Virus record (IMG/VR): IMGVR_UViG_3300035698_000446
DNA: 64,000 bases
Source: an uncultured virus (IMG/VR IMGVR_UViG_3300035698_000446)
Lineage: Duplodnaviria > Heunggongvirae > Uroviricota > Caudoviricetes
Strand: one strand, 5' to 3'
The notes under the pieces were generated by a model. The model did no database searches. It was not told the DNA's origin and worked only from the letters and a program-made list of their open reading frames with translations. Below, piece after piece: positions 9,484 to 18,900 of this stretch (positions are counted from its first letter, which is position 1; every line of letters starts with the position of its first letter). The translations under genes were made by a program, and so were the position numbers.

Positions 9484-10689
9484 TTAGATTACTTTAAGGA
9501 GTATAGTATCTGCGTTGATACGTCCGTTGAGTTTAGTATCGGTTGTCTTGATTGATTCTATAAACTTACGTAATTGTATTTTTCCTGCACCTTTAAAGTC
9601 TTTTAACTGTTGTTCGGGCTTACGTAGAGTTTTTTGTACACTGTGGGATTGATCAAATCCCACAATACTAGTACCTTTAACACCTAGTGTGCCAGCATGT
9701 GCATCAGCTACATATTTTCCTAACTTACGAGTTTTGGTATTATAAACCCATAGTGTTTCTGCTGTTAATATGTCTACAGGATTTACTGATACCAATTTAC
9801 TTTTGCTATCTTCTTTGAGATATTTTAGTTTAGCAACAACTTTTTCTTTTGCTGGTGCTTTGCGTACTCTTGCCTGTTTTGTTGCTTTCTTGACTTGTGC
9901 ATAAGCTTCTAGATCAGCAAACAATTTAGCATAAAACGCCTCAAACCGCTTGTAATCTGCCGCTTTATAGTGACTATAACCTTCTTTTAGTTGCTCATCT
10001 TGTCCTGCTTTAGCTTCTATTAGTTCTTGCCTGTGTACTTCAAAAAATGCACTAATCTTTTTAATTAAGGCTTGTGGACAGTTTTCTGTTTTAAGATATT
10101 CAAATGCTTTAGGATCAGACACAGTTTCACCATTCATTAATTGATCTTCAAACAGTTCAAAATGCAAGATGTGCTTGTTAGCGATCTCGTTCATACGATC
10201 TTGTATTGTAGGAACGTTTACTTTGGGCTTGCTATCACTGACAACTGTGTCAACAATACCAGTTGCCTGGGTTAACAGTCTAGCTAATTCTTTGTTTATA
10301 TAATTTGTAACTGGTTTAACTTTTCCTGTAGTACCACCAAGGCTTTCCCAATAGTCATTGTATTGTTCGTGAACATCAGGCATGCCTAGTGTCAGCATAC
10401 GACACACTCCACCTAGAGTGCTACCAAATTGACTGTCTGAATTTTTAGCTATGCTTTTGCTATGTTCAGACCATTGCTCGCTGGCATTTACCCAATTAAT
10501 TACCCATTTTTTGTATTGAGCCGTTTTAGCCTCTATGCTGTAGTAATACATAGCATCGTGTAAGTGCTTAGAATATGCGGCGCCTGACATTGCTGTTGCA
10601 TTGTCCCATTTAGGTTCCTTAGCAGTGGCCATGCTCATTGCCTTGGTTGCCTTTGCTTTTCTTTTTGCACCGTCAATCTGTATCGCCAT
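9484..10689 (-). CDS. Conserved hypothetical early protein, Lys-rich C-terminal domain
   Basis: 401-aa ORF with SD AAGGA and its own consensus sigma70 promoter. Confidence 0.7.
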   Translation of the reverse strand: MAIQIDGAKRKAKATKAMSMATAKEPKWDNATAMSGAAYSKHLHDAMYYYSIEAKTAQYKKWVINWVNASEQWSEHSKSIAKNSDSQFGSTLGGVCRMLTLGMPDVHEQYNDYWESLGGTTGKVKPVTNYINKELARLLTQATGIVDTVVSDSKPKVNVPTIQDRMNEIANKHILHFELFEDQLMNGETVSDPKAFEYLKTENCPQALIKKISAFFEVHRQELIEAKAGQDEQLKEGYSHYKAADYKRFEAFYAKLFADLEAYAQVKKATKQARVRKAPAKEKVVAKLKYLKEDSKSKLVSVNPVDILTAETLWVYNTKTRKLGKYVADAHAGTLGVKGTSIVGFDQSHSVQKTLRKPEQQLKDFKGAGKIQLRKFIESIKTTDTKLNGRINADTILLKVI

Positions 10690-10715
10690 TTAGATTATTC
10701 CTTGTTGTTTCAATT

Positions 10716-10744
10716 ATTATATTAGTAAAGTTCCCGTCTGTCAA
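10716..10744 (-). promoter_or_regulatory. Sigma70-type early promoter
   Basis: Perfect TTGACA-17 bp-TATAAT on minus strand. Confidence 0.85.
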
Positions 10745-11004
10745 CCATTTAATAAAGTGCCAAATGTAATCATTTGTTCATAATTTGTTATTTCTTCGTT
10801 AATCTTAGTTATCATCTCTAGATGTTTTTTTGTTTGTTTCTGTTTTCTACGGCATTCTACTTCTTCAATACTTAGTTCAGTGATCATTGAATCAAAATTT
10901 CCTACAATCTTTTTCATTTGATTCTGATGAATACCAGTACCTTCTGCTAGCTTAATTAAACTAGTACGGACTTCTTGCCAATCAACACTTGATTCTATCT
11001 TCAT
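10741..11004 (-). CDS. Hypothetical coiled-coil protein (likely start ATG 11004, MKIESSVDW...)
   Basis: ORF track frame. The track's TTG start at 11040 lies inside the -35 box, so ATG 11004 is more plausible. Confidence 0.65.
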   Translation of the reverse strand: MKIESSVDWQEVRTSLIKLAEGTGIHQNQMKKIVGNFDSMITELSIEEVECRRKQKQTKKHLEMITKINEEITNYEQMITFGTLLNG

Positions 11005-11011
11005 AATACTA

Positions 11012-11040
11012 ATTATACATTCATTTGGGCAGGATGTCAA
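11012..11040 (-). promoter_or_regulatory. Sigma70-type early promoter
   Basis: Perfect TTGACA-17 bp-TATAAT. ATG lies 7 nt downstream of the -10 box. Confidence 0.85.
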
Positions 11041-11073
11041 TGACGATAAATACTAGATAATTAGGATTTTACA

Positions 11074-12474
11074 ATGCCGCGTTTAAGTTTATATAAGCCT
11101 ACTAAAGGTAACGACTACAAGTTTTTTGATAAGAGAATTTCGGAGATGTTCACTGTGGGCGGCGTTGATGTCAACGTTCACAAATATCTCGGGCCTCTTG
11201 ATCAAGGATTTGTTAGTAATACTGAGCCTGGTGGAACAAGCCTTACTAGCATACAAGATCTATTGTTCCTAGAAAATCGCGATCGCAAGTATGATACCAG
11301 TATCTATACCATGCGTACCATTTACCGCATCAATGATAATGATTTTGATCTGACACAGTTTGGCCTTTTCCTAACAGGTGACACTATGTTTGCCGTGTTC
11401 CATTTAAGCGATATGGTACAGACTATTGGTAGAAAATTGATAGTAGGTGATGTCTTAGAACTTCCAAACCTTAAGGATCTGTATCCGTTAGACGATACAT
11501 TGCCTGTTGCACTTAAAAGATATTATGTAGTTAATGACGCTACACGTGCCGCAGAAGGGTTTTCACCAAGTTGGTATCCACACCTATGGCGCGTTAAACT
11601 ACAACCATTGGTAGACAGCCAAGAATACAAAGATATCATTGACAATATTGCGGCTGGTGACGGGACTGATAGTAGCATATCTGACGTGTTAAGTACATAT
11701 GACAAATATCTTGACATCAATGATGCTATCGTTGAACGTGCAGAAGCTGATGTTCCTAAGAGTGGATATGACACTACTAATCTATACACTGCGCCAGTAA
11801 CAGCATCAGGACTTCCGGGCGACCCAGATGGAGTACTTACAAGCTCGAATGCCAATGTTTCTAGCAATACCTATTCAAGTTCTAGCACAGTATCACCAAG
11901 TGCTAAAGTAGAAGGATATCTGACTAGTGATGCATTACCGCCAAATGGGGCTAGTGTGTCAGCTGGCATATCATTCCCTACAAGTCCAGTAATAGGTGAG
12001 TTCTTCCTTAGATTAGATTATGTTCCAAATAGATTATTCCGCTATGATAGCCGTCGTTGGGTTAAAATGGAAGACGGCGTTAGGACAAATCTTACTCCGG
12101 GTGCTAGCAACCAAACACAGCGTAGTGGATTTGTTAATAATACCGATGCTAACTATGCTAATGCATTAGCCTGGGATGCCATACGTATTCCAACAGGAGC
12201 ATATACTCCTGCGGCAAATGCACAGACATTGTCATTTACTCTTAGTTCTAAACAAGTAGTTACTAAGACCCTGTATGTAAGTACATACGGTGTTAAAACA
12301 AAACTTAACAGCACTATTATAACTAATACCATTAGCAATACCAGTGGTAACATATCATTTACTGTATCTACTGCATTGAATACCGAGGATGTATTAGAAT
12401 ACACAATCTATGCTAACGTAACATATCAGCGGCAAGGGCTCAGTGACGCTCTTAGCCCCACAGCGGACAATTAA
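11074..12474 (+). CDS. Neck/head-closure protein (gp14-like) with C-terminal extension
   Basis: 'DFDLTQFGLFL..DTMF..FH', 'GRKLIVGDVLELP' resemble gp14. Sits between gp13 and gp15 homologues, late motif at 11047-11052. Confidence 0.7.
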   Translation: MPRLSLYKPTKGNDYKFFDKRISEMFTVGGVDVNVHKYLGPLDQGFVSNTEPGGTSLTSIQDLLFLENRDRKYDTSIYTMRTIYRINDNDFDLTQFGLFLTGDTMFAVFHLSDMVQTIGRKLIVGDVLELPNLKDLYPLDDTLPVALKRYYVVNDATRAAEGFSPSWYPHLWRVKLQPLVDSQEYKDIIDNIAAGDGTDSSISDVLSTYDKYLDINDAIVERAEADVPKSGYDTTNLYTAPVTASGLPGDPDGVLTSSNANVSSNTYSSSSTVSPSAKVEGYLTSDALPPNGASVSAGISFPTSPVIGEFFLRLDYVPNRLFRYDSRRWVKMEDGVRTNLTPGASNQTQRSGFVNNTDANYANALAWDAIRIPTGAYTPAANAQTLSFTLSSKQVVTKTLYVSTYGVKTKLNSTIITNTISNTSGNISFTVSTALNTEDVLEYTIYANVTYQRQGLSDALSPTADN

Positions 12475-12476
12475 TT

Positions 12477-13910
12477 ATGGCGGCACTTCAACAGTTTTTT
12501 TATGATGCTCAGATTGAGCGATTCCTGGCACAGTTTATTAGGATGACTTCAGGATTCCAAGTGGAGTTTGGCAAAGACAGAGATGGCAACAAGACATTAC
12601 AAAGAGTTCCTGTTTACTACGGAGATGGTAGTCGACAAGTAGCATCAATACTTAATAATATGAGTGAAAATGCTATGATGGCAGTTCCGGCGATGACTGT
12701 GTACATTAATAATGTGACCTATGACAGAGATCGGGTGCAAGAACCTAACTTTGTTGGTAAGATGAACATACGGCAAAGAAACTACAACGAAGAAACACAA
12801 GAATATGAGGCAAAGCAAGGCAATGCATTCTCAATTGAGAGATTGATGCCTGTGCCATACACATTAGAACTTAAACTAGATGTGTGGACTAGCAACACTA
12901 AACAAAAACTACAACTGTTAGAACAATTGATAGTGTTGTTTAATCCGGCATTAGAAATACAATCAACTGACAACTACATTGATTGGACTAGTTTAAGTGT
13001 GGTTTATCTTGAAAATCCAAATTGGACAAGTCGTACTGTGCCAATTGGTACTGAAAATCCCGTTGATGTTGCTACATTAACATTCAAACTACCAGTTTGG
13101 ATTAGCCCTCCTGCAAAAATTAAAAAATTAGGGGTTATACAAAAGATTATTGCTAGCATACACGACAGTGATGGCAATCTTAGCGAAGATGTATACAATA
13201 GCACTAATTTAATGGGAGCGAGACAATACTTTACTCCATTGGATTACGGTGTGTTATTGATTGGTAATACCCTTACCTTATTAAAATACAGCGAGTTTGA
13301 AGACCCGCGTGATCCACGGACGGAATTAGTTCCAAAATATCCTGTTACCGAAACTCCGGTTAAGGTTGGTACTAGAGACGTATGGCGAGATCTTATTAAC
13401 GTTTATGGTGTTCTTGAAAATGGGATTAGCCAAGTTCGATTATTAACCCAAGATGGTGTTGCTGAAGTAGTTGGTACTGTAAGTTTTCATCCTACTGATG
13501 ACAGCCTGCTAATATTTAATGCCGACATTGACACATATCCGGCTAACACATTGGACCCAATTGACGCTATCATTGACCCACGCAAAGTTACAGTAGATGC
13601 TAGCATTACGGCCCCTGCCACTGGCACTAGATATCTATTATTGCATGGTGTTGGTAGTTTTGACAATCCATCCGGAACTGGGCCAAGTGCTTGGCGCGGC
13701 AGTGACGGGCAGGATTTAGTAGCCAATGCCAACGACATCGTGCAGTACAATGGCACACACTGGGTAGTAGTATTTGACAGCCCAGCGGCAGATAGTGTAC
13801 AATATGTAAGTAATCTAAATACTGGAACTCAATATAAATGGAATCTCGATCAGTGGGTAAAAAGCTGGGAAGGCGAATATAAGGCAGGATTATTTACTTT
13901 AGTTCTTTAA
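12477..13910 (+). CDS. gp15: Tail sheath stabiliser/terminator (gp15-like) with C-terminal extension
   Basis: 'FFYDAQIERFLAQF', 'RVPVYYG', 'YDRDR', 'MPVPYTLELKLDVW', 'QLLEQLIVLFNP'. Confidence 0.82.
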   Translation: MAALQQFFYDAQIERFLAQFIRMTSGFQVEFGKDRDGNKTLQRVPVYYGDGSRQVASILNNMSENAMMAVPAMTVYINNVTYDRDRVQEPNFVGKMNIRQRNYNEETQEYEAKQGNAFSIERLMPVPYTLELKLDVWTSNTKQKLQLLEQLIVLFNPALEIQSTDNYIDWTSLSVVYLENPNWTSRTVPIGTENPVDVATLTFKLPVWISPPAKIKKLGVIQKIIASIHDSDGNLSEDVYNSTNLMGARQYFTPLDYGVLLIGNTLTLLKYSEFEDPRDPRTELVPKYPVTETPVKVGTRDVWRDLINVYGVLENGISQVRLLTQDGVAEVVGTVSFHPTDDSLLIFNADIDTYPANTLDPIDAIIDPRKVTVDASITAPATGTRYLLLHGVGSFDNPSGTGPSAWRGSDGQDLVANANDIVQYNGTHWVVVFDSPAADSVQYVSNLNTGTQYKWNLDQWVKSWEGEYKAGLFTLVL

Positions 13911-14612
13911 TTTACATTTTTCACCGTGCCACCTTTTAAAATTTCCTGCATCGATAGTTAATAAACAATATTTACATTGTAAATATTTTTTAGGTATTGG
14001 GTTTTTTAATATTTGTTCAGACAGCATTTTTTTTACTTCCATACTATGAGTTTTGCCATACATTGGGTTTTTTTCTTTTACTAATTTACCTTTCATTGCA
14101 ATTGACATCTTTTTTAAGGTTTCATCAGATCTATTTTTTCCGTATGATGGATGATTAACTCCTATTCTATTAAGTTTGTTTTTTTCCCAACTATCTCTAA
14201 GTTTCTTTTTAGTTTCTTCTGAACGTTTTTTACCAATATGATTATTATTTCTTTGTAGTAATTGCCATTCTTTATTATTAAACGGATTAATTCTATTAAA
14301 TTGTATTTTGAGTAATTCGTACTTTCTACCTGTTATTTTATATCTATGCTGATTTTTTGATTTAGCCATCATTCTATTCATAGCAAAAATCATTTTATTC
14401 TTTTCTAGCCCATTTACCATTTTAGTAAGTAGCCAATGGCATATAAAATGTTGTCTACCTGTTAATTTGATCATATTAGATTTGTCATTAGTTCCCCCGA
14501 TACTCTTAGGTATTATATGATGATTTTCTGTATATTCATCATTAGGGGTTGTATTTGCTGAATTAATTATGTTATAATAAAGTTTAGTATATTTGTTATC
14601 AATAAATATCAT
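13899..14612 (-). CDS. Free-standing HNH homing endonuclease with NUMOD3 repeats
   Basis: 'ENHHIIPKSIGGTNDKSNMIKLTGRQHFICHWLL' plus repeated 'GKKRSEETKKKL / YGKNRSDETLKKMS / NPMYGKTHS'. Markedly AT-rich, antisense to neighbours. Confidence 0.88.
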   Translation of the reverse strand: MIFIDNKYTKLYYNIINSANTTPNDEYTENHHIIPKSIGGTNDKSNMIKLTGRQHFICHWLLTKMVNGLEKNKMIFAMNRMMAKSKNQHRYKITGRKYELLKIQFNRINPFNNKEWQLLQRNNNHIGKKRSEETKKKLRDSWEKNKLNRIGVNHPSYGKNRSDETLKKMSIAMKGKLVKEKNPMYGKTHSMEVKKMLSEQILKNPIPKKYLQCKYCLLTIDAGNFKRWHGEKCKLKN

Positions 14613-14635
14613 TAAAAGGTCCTTATATTTTATTT

Positions 14636-15088
14636 ATGCCTAAAGTACAAAAACGGTCTGTGGATTCTAGTCTTATAGAAGGTGTCGGAACTTTCATCTA
14701 CTGTACATCTACCAAACGTTATCTATTCCTCTTACGCAACAGTAGCAAGTATTCGGGCTCTTGGGGAGTTCCTGGTGGCAAGGTTGAAATCAACGAGAAC
14801 ATCTTAGGAAGTCTACTCAGAGAGATTCAAGAAGAATTGGGCGGTACCATCGAAGACGCAAAAATTATTCCTATAGAAAAATTTACCAGCGACAATGGTA
14901 ATTTTACATACCACACATTTATAGCACCCGTAGAAGATGAATTTACTCCCATATTGAACGAAGAACATCGTGGGTATTGTTGGGTAGCATTAGAGGATCA
15001 TCCCAAACCGTTACACCCTGGAGTGTGGCGCACGATCAATTTTGAGTCTGTGGTTAGTAAGATTAAAACCTTAGAGTTGATACTTTAG
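14636..15088 (+). CDS. Nudix hydrolase
   Basis: Nudix box 'PGGKVEINENILGSLLREIQEELG'. Confidence 0.9.
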   Translation: MPKVQKRSVDSSLIEGVGTFIYCTSTKRYLFLLRNSSKYSGSWGVPGGKVEINENILGSLLREIQEELGGTIEDAKIIPIEKFTSDNGNFTYHTFIAPVEDEFTPILNEEHRGYCWVALEDHPKPLHPGVWRTINFESVVSKIKTLELIL

Positions 15089-15093
15089 TCAAA

Positions 15094-15118
15094 ATAAAAG
15101 CCCACTAAGGGCTTTTAT
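15094..15118. terminator. Bidirectional intrinsic terminator
   Basis: ATAAAAGCCC-ACTAA-GGGCTTTTAT between convergent genes. Confidence 0.8.
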
Positions 15119-15136
15119 CTTTTATTAGTCTAACAA

Positions 15137-15877
15137 TTATAGATCTGCTTCTAACACCATATCTCTATGGGAAATTTGTCTAAAATTAGCGTAGCCTCTC
15201 CAAGATGCATGTGTAGGATATCTACCATTTGGTGTTACTAGTGCGAAATCTACATCATCATATACTGCGAATAGTTGGCTATAGCTTTCTTCCCAATTAT
15301 TTCCAGTTTGATCAACACCAATCGCATCATATCCGTTAGTACCAGCATATATGTTACTGTTGTATCCTGAGTCAAATTGTCCTTCACATCCTACTAGGTA
15401 TATTTTCTTGTGTCCATCGAAACAAGCAAGATACGTAGCTGTTGCACCAGCGTCAGCATATAAATCATGCGGAGTTAGGTAAAACGCTCCCGGAAATTCT
15501 AAGGTAAGTGGGGCCTGGGCGTACACAATATTAGCAGTAGTAAATCCACTGTCAACACATTCTTGAGCCATTTCCATAGTAGTTACTACTAGGAAATCTG
15601 GAGTATGATCTCTGTAAAAAGCATTACACGCATAACTTTGCAATGTATCAGCTCCAAGCAATCCGTTGAATTTGTTAAGCGTATGAGAAACTGGAAACTT
15701 CTTCCTACTCTCACCGTTACCAAATACTACAGCACGATTTGAAACTTGATTATTAACAACATTATTTGGAACCGTTTCTTCAACTGAAGTCCATTCTCCA
15801 TGTTCTAATCTACGTTCTTGGATAATATCTTCACCTTCATAGTTGGATCTATATTGTTTTGTATATAATTTAAGCAT
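15137..15877 (-). CDS. Putative glycosyltransferase-like protein (DUF115/Maf, sialyltransferase-like fold)
   Basis: 'AVVFGNGES', 'YACNAFYRD.TPDFLVV', 'AGATATYLA..DGHKKIYLVG' resemble GT29/GT42/DUF115 motifs. Confidence 0.5.
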   Translation of the reverse strand: MLKLYTKQYRSNYEGEDIIQERRLEHGEWTSVEETVPNNVVNNQVSNRAVVFGNGESRKKFPVSHTLNKFNGLLGADTLQSYACNAFYRDHTPDFLVVTTMEMAQECVDSGFTTANIVYAQAPLTLEFPGAFYLTPHDLYADAGATATYLACFDGHKKIYLVGCEGQFDSGYNSNIYAGTNGYDAIGVDQTGNNWEESYSQLFAVYDDVDFALVTPNGRYPTHASWRGYANFRQISHRDMVLEADL

Positions 15878-15901
15878 TTATTTTTTCTCTGTTAAGCGAA
15901 T

Positions 15902-15927
15902 ACTGAGACCTATTACTAGGCCTCAGT
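15902..15927 (-). terminator. Hairpin after large fibre gene
   Basis: Imperfect inverted repeat ACTGAG.CCTA...TAGG.CTCAGT. Confidence 0.45.
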
Positions 15928-15939
15928 TTCTAATTTACA

Positions 15940-18900
15940 TTAAACAATATAAGTTGTTTGCACTTTAATGTTAGCGTTTATGCCAGCACCAACTGGAACC
16001 ATAATCAATCTAACAACGTTACTTGCAATGTTTGATACAAATGTACCTATCTCACCGTCCGGAGCAATAACAGCATACGAACTATGTGTTACTACAGCAT
16101 CTTCTTGTGCTAACATTGTTTCTTGACTATGTACACTTGATGTAGCGCCATCTCTCATTTGGATGAAGTACTTAGCTGAGTGATATGCTGTGTCAGGGAA
16201 ACTGTCAATTATTACCATGTTACCAGCTTGTGTAGTAATTGGTGTTTCGTCATACACAATAGTACCTGTTAGCTGTACCTTGTCGCCACTTTCATTACCA
16301 ATGTTAATGTTACCACTTGAATCACCTAATACTGTAAGTTGTCCTTTAACAGTAAGATCTTGCTCAATTACAACACTACCTGCGGCGTTAACTGAAATTC
16401 TTACAGCACTACCAGTTACAATATTTGCAAAGTTGTTGTCACCTGCATTGAGCTGTACTGTACCAGCACCATTGGCTAGCGAATTAACTGTTGCTGTGGT
16501 TACAAATCTACGTGCATCAATCACATCACCAGCTGCCGGAGCTTCTGTAAATGTCATTGTAGTACCTGATACTGCGTAAGCCGTAGTTGGTATTTGCACG
16601 ATACCGTTAATAGATACTATAGTTGCGGCTGTTGTTGATGCCACGTCTAAAGTAAATGCTACTGTTGCACCGTCACCGTTAAACTGGTCTGATGCTACAA
16701 CAGTAAATTCAGTACCTGGTTGGACCCATTCACTGCCATCATAGTATTCAATACCAGATGCTGTAGTACTGTACCGTAACATACCAGCTACAGCGACGTT
16801 TGCTGTTGCACCTGGACGATTTGAGTTTGATCCAACTGGAAGAACAATAGCACCAGTACTGTCAAATTTCACTACTGCGCCGTCTTGTACTAAGGTATTA
16901 CCGGTTGAACTAAACACTGCGGCATTCTTAGCAGTGTCTATTACCATTAGTGCATCATTACCTTGACCTTTAACTGTTACTGATGTTGCAACTTTAGTAC
17001 TGTTAATAGTTGCACCAATACCAATGAATACTGATTTAGCCATTGCTACACCACCCGGAGTAACAATTGCTCCAGTGTCAGTAGCACTTGCTTCTGTTGC
17101 ATTTGAAACTGTAGCAACACCACTTGCATTAAATGTACCTGTGTTCATTACTGCGGCACTAATGTTAGCACTTGAGTTAAGGAATCCACTTACGTTAGTT
17201 GCGGCCAGTGTAGTTGTTCCGGTTGCATTTAATGCACCTGTGTTCATTACTGCACTACTGATATTACCAGTTGTGTTAATTAAACCAGTTGAGTTAATAG
17301 CACCACCATTAACCACTGAAGCACTAAGATTGCCTGCTAAGTTTACAAAGCCACTTGCAGCCAATGTAGTAAATGAACCACTACTTGCTGTTGCATTACC
17401 AATTGGAGTTGCATTAATTGACGCAAACGATGCTAGTCCGCCGATTACATTACCAGTTGCAGTTAATGTATCTGCGTTAACTGTTCCGCCGTTCATTACT
17501 GATGCACTAAGATTACCTGCCAAGTTCACATAGCCAGTTGCTGTTATTGTACCTGCGTTAACTGCTCCGCCGTTAATAATTGCGGCACTTATGTTACCAC
17601 TTGAATTAAGGAAGCCACTTATGTTAGTTGCGGCCAGTGTTGTAGTACCAGTTGCATTTAATGCACCTGCATTAACCACTGCACCACTGATATTACCAGT
17701 TGTGTTAATTAAGCCAGTTGAGTTAATTGCTCCGCCATTTAATACTGCGGCACTAAGGTTACCTGCTAAGTTCACAAAGCCACTTGCATTTACAGTAGTA
17801 AATGATGCCGCGGCCGCCGTTACATTACCAATCACGGTACCTTGGATACCACTACCTACATACAGTCTACCACCGATACCAGCACCACCAAGTACTTGTA
17901 ATGCACCTTCGTCAGCGGCTGTTGCCGCGTCAGTCCCTTCAATTATCGTAGTACGGTTAAGATTCCAACTTGTTGTTGCGTGTGTGTATGTGATGTTAGC
18001 ACCTACATTTCCGTAAGCAACGTTAATACCAGCACCATCTGCTGAAGCACTGGTGCCAGCACCATTGGCTACCGTAATTTGTAGATCTTCAACGTCTAAT
18101 GTAGCAACGTTAAGTGTTGTATAGTCACCTTGTACTGTTAATCCACCAGTAACAACTACATCACCACCAACGTTCAAGTTTTTAGCAATACCTACACCAC
18201 CTGCTGTAATTATAGCACCTGTTGTTGTGTTAAGACTTTGCCAGTCAGCCAACGATTTAAGTTGTAGACTAGCAACCACATTACCTGTAACACCAACACC
18301 ACCTGCTGAAACTATAGCACCTGTTGCCGCACTTGTTGAAACTGTTGCATTAGCAACGTTTAAATTATTTAAAACTTGAGTTGTATCTTGTGTTATCAAT
18401 CCAACTCTGTCTGCATCTACATTAATTACAATGTTACCACTTGCACCACTATCATTAACAGCTACAAAACTATCATCTGCTATAATTTGAGTAACATCTG
18501 ATGACAATGCTGATTCTAAGTATGTTAGTGTTACTGCATCTTGTGCTGATGTTGGATCTGCAAGGTTAATAGCTGATGAGCCGTTAAAGTCAACGTCATC
18601 TGTTGCCGCAAGAACTAAATCACCTGAAGTAGTTCCAATCCAACCTGCGGCATTTGCTGTAATTTTTGCGCCTACTGTTAATGTATTAGATGCAAATCTT
18701 AAACCATCGTTATCAATCATTAAGCCGTCTGCACTAGTAGTTACAACTCTTCCTGTTGTTAATCCACTTGCTTTTACTGTTGCTACGCTTGCTTGGCTAG
18801 CTGATACGTTACCTGTTGTGTTAATTAATCCAGTTGAGTTAATTGCTCCGCCGTTAATAATTGCGGCACTTATGTTACCACTTGAATTAAGGAAGCCACT

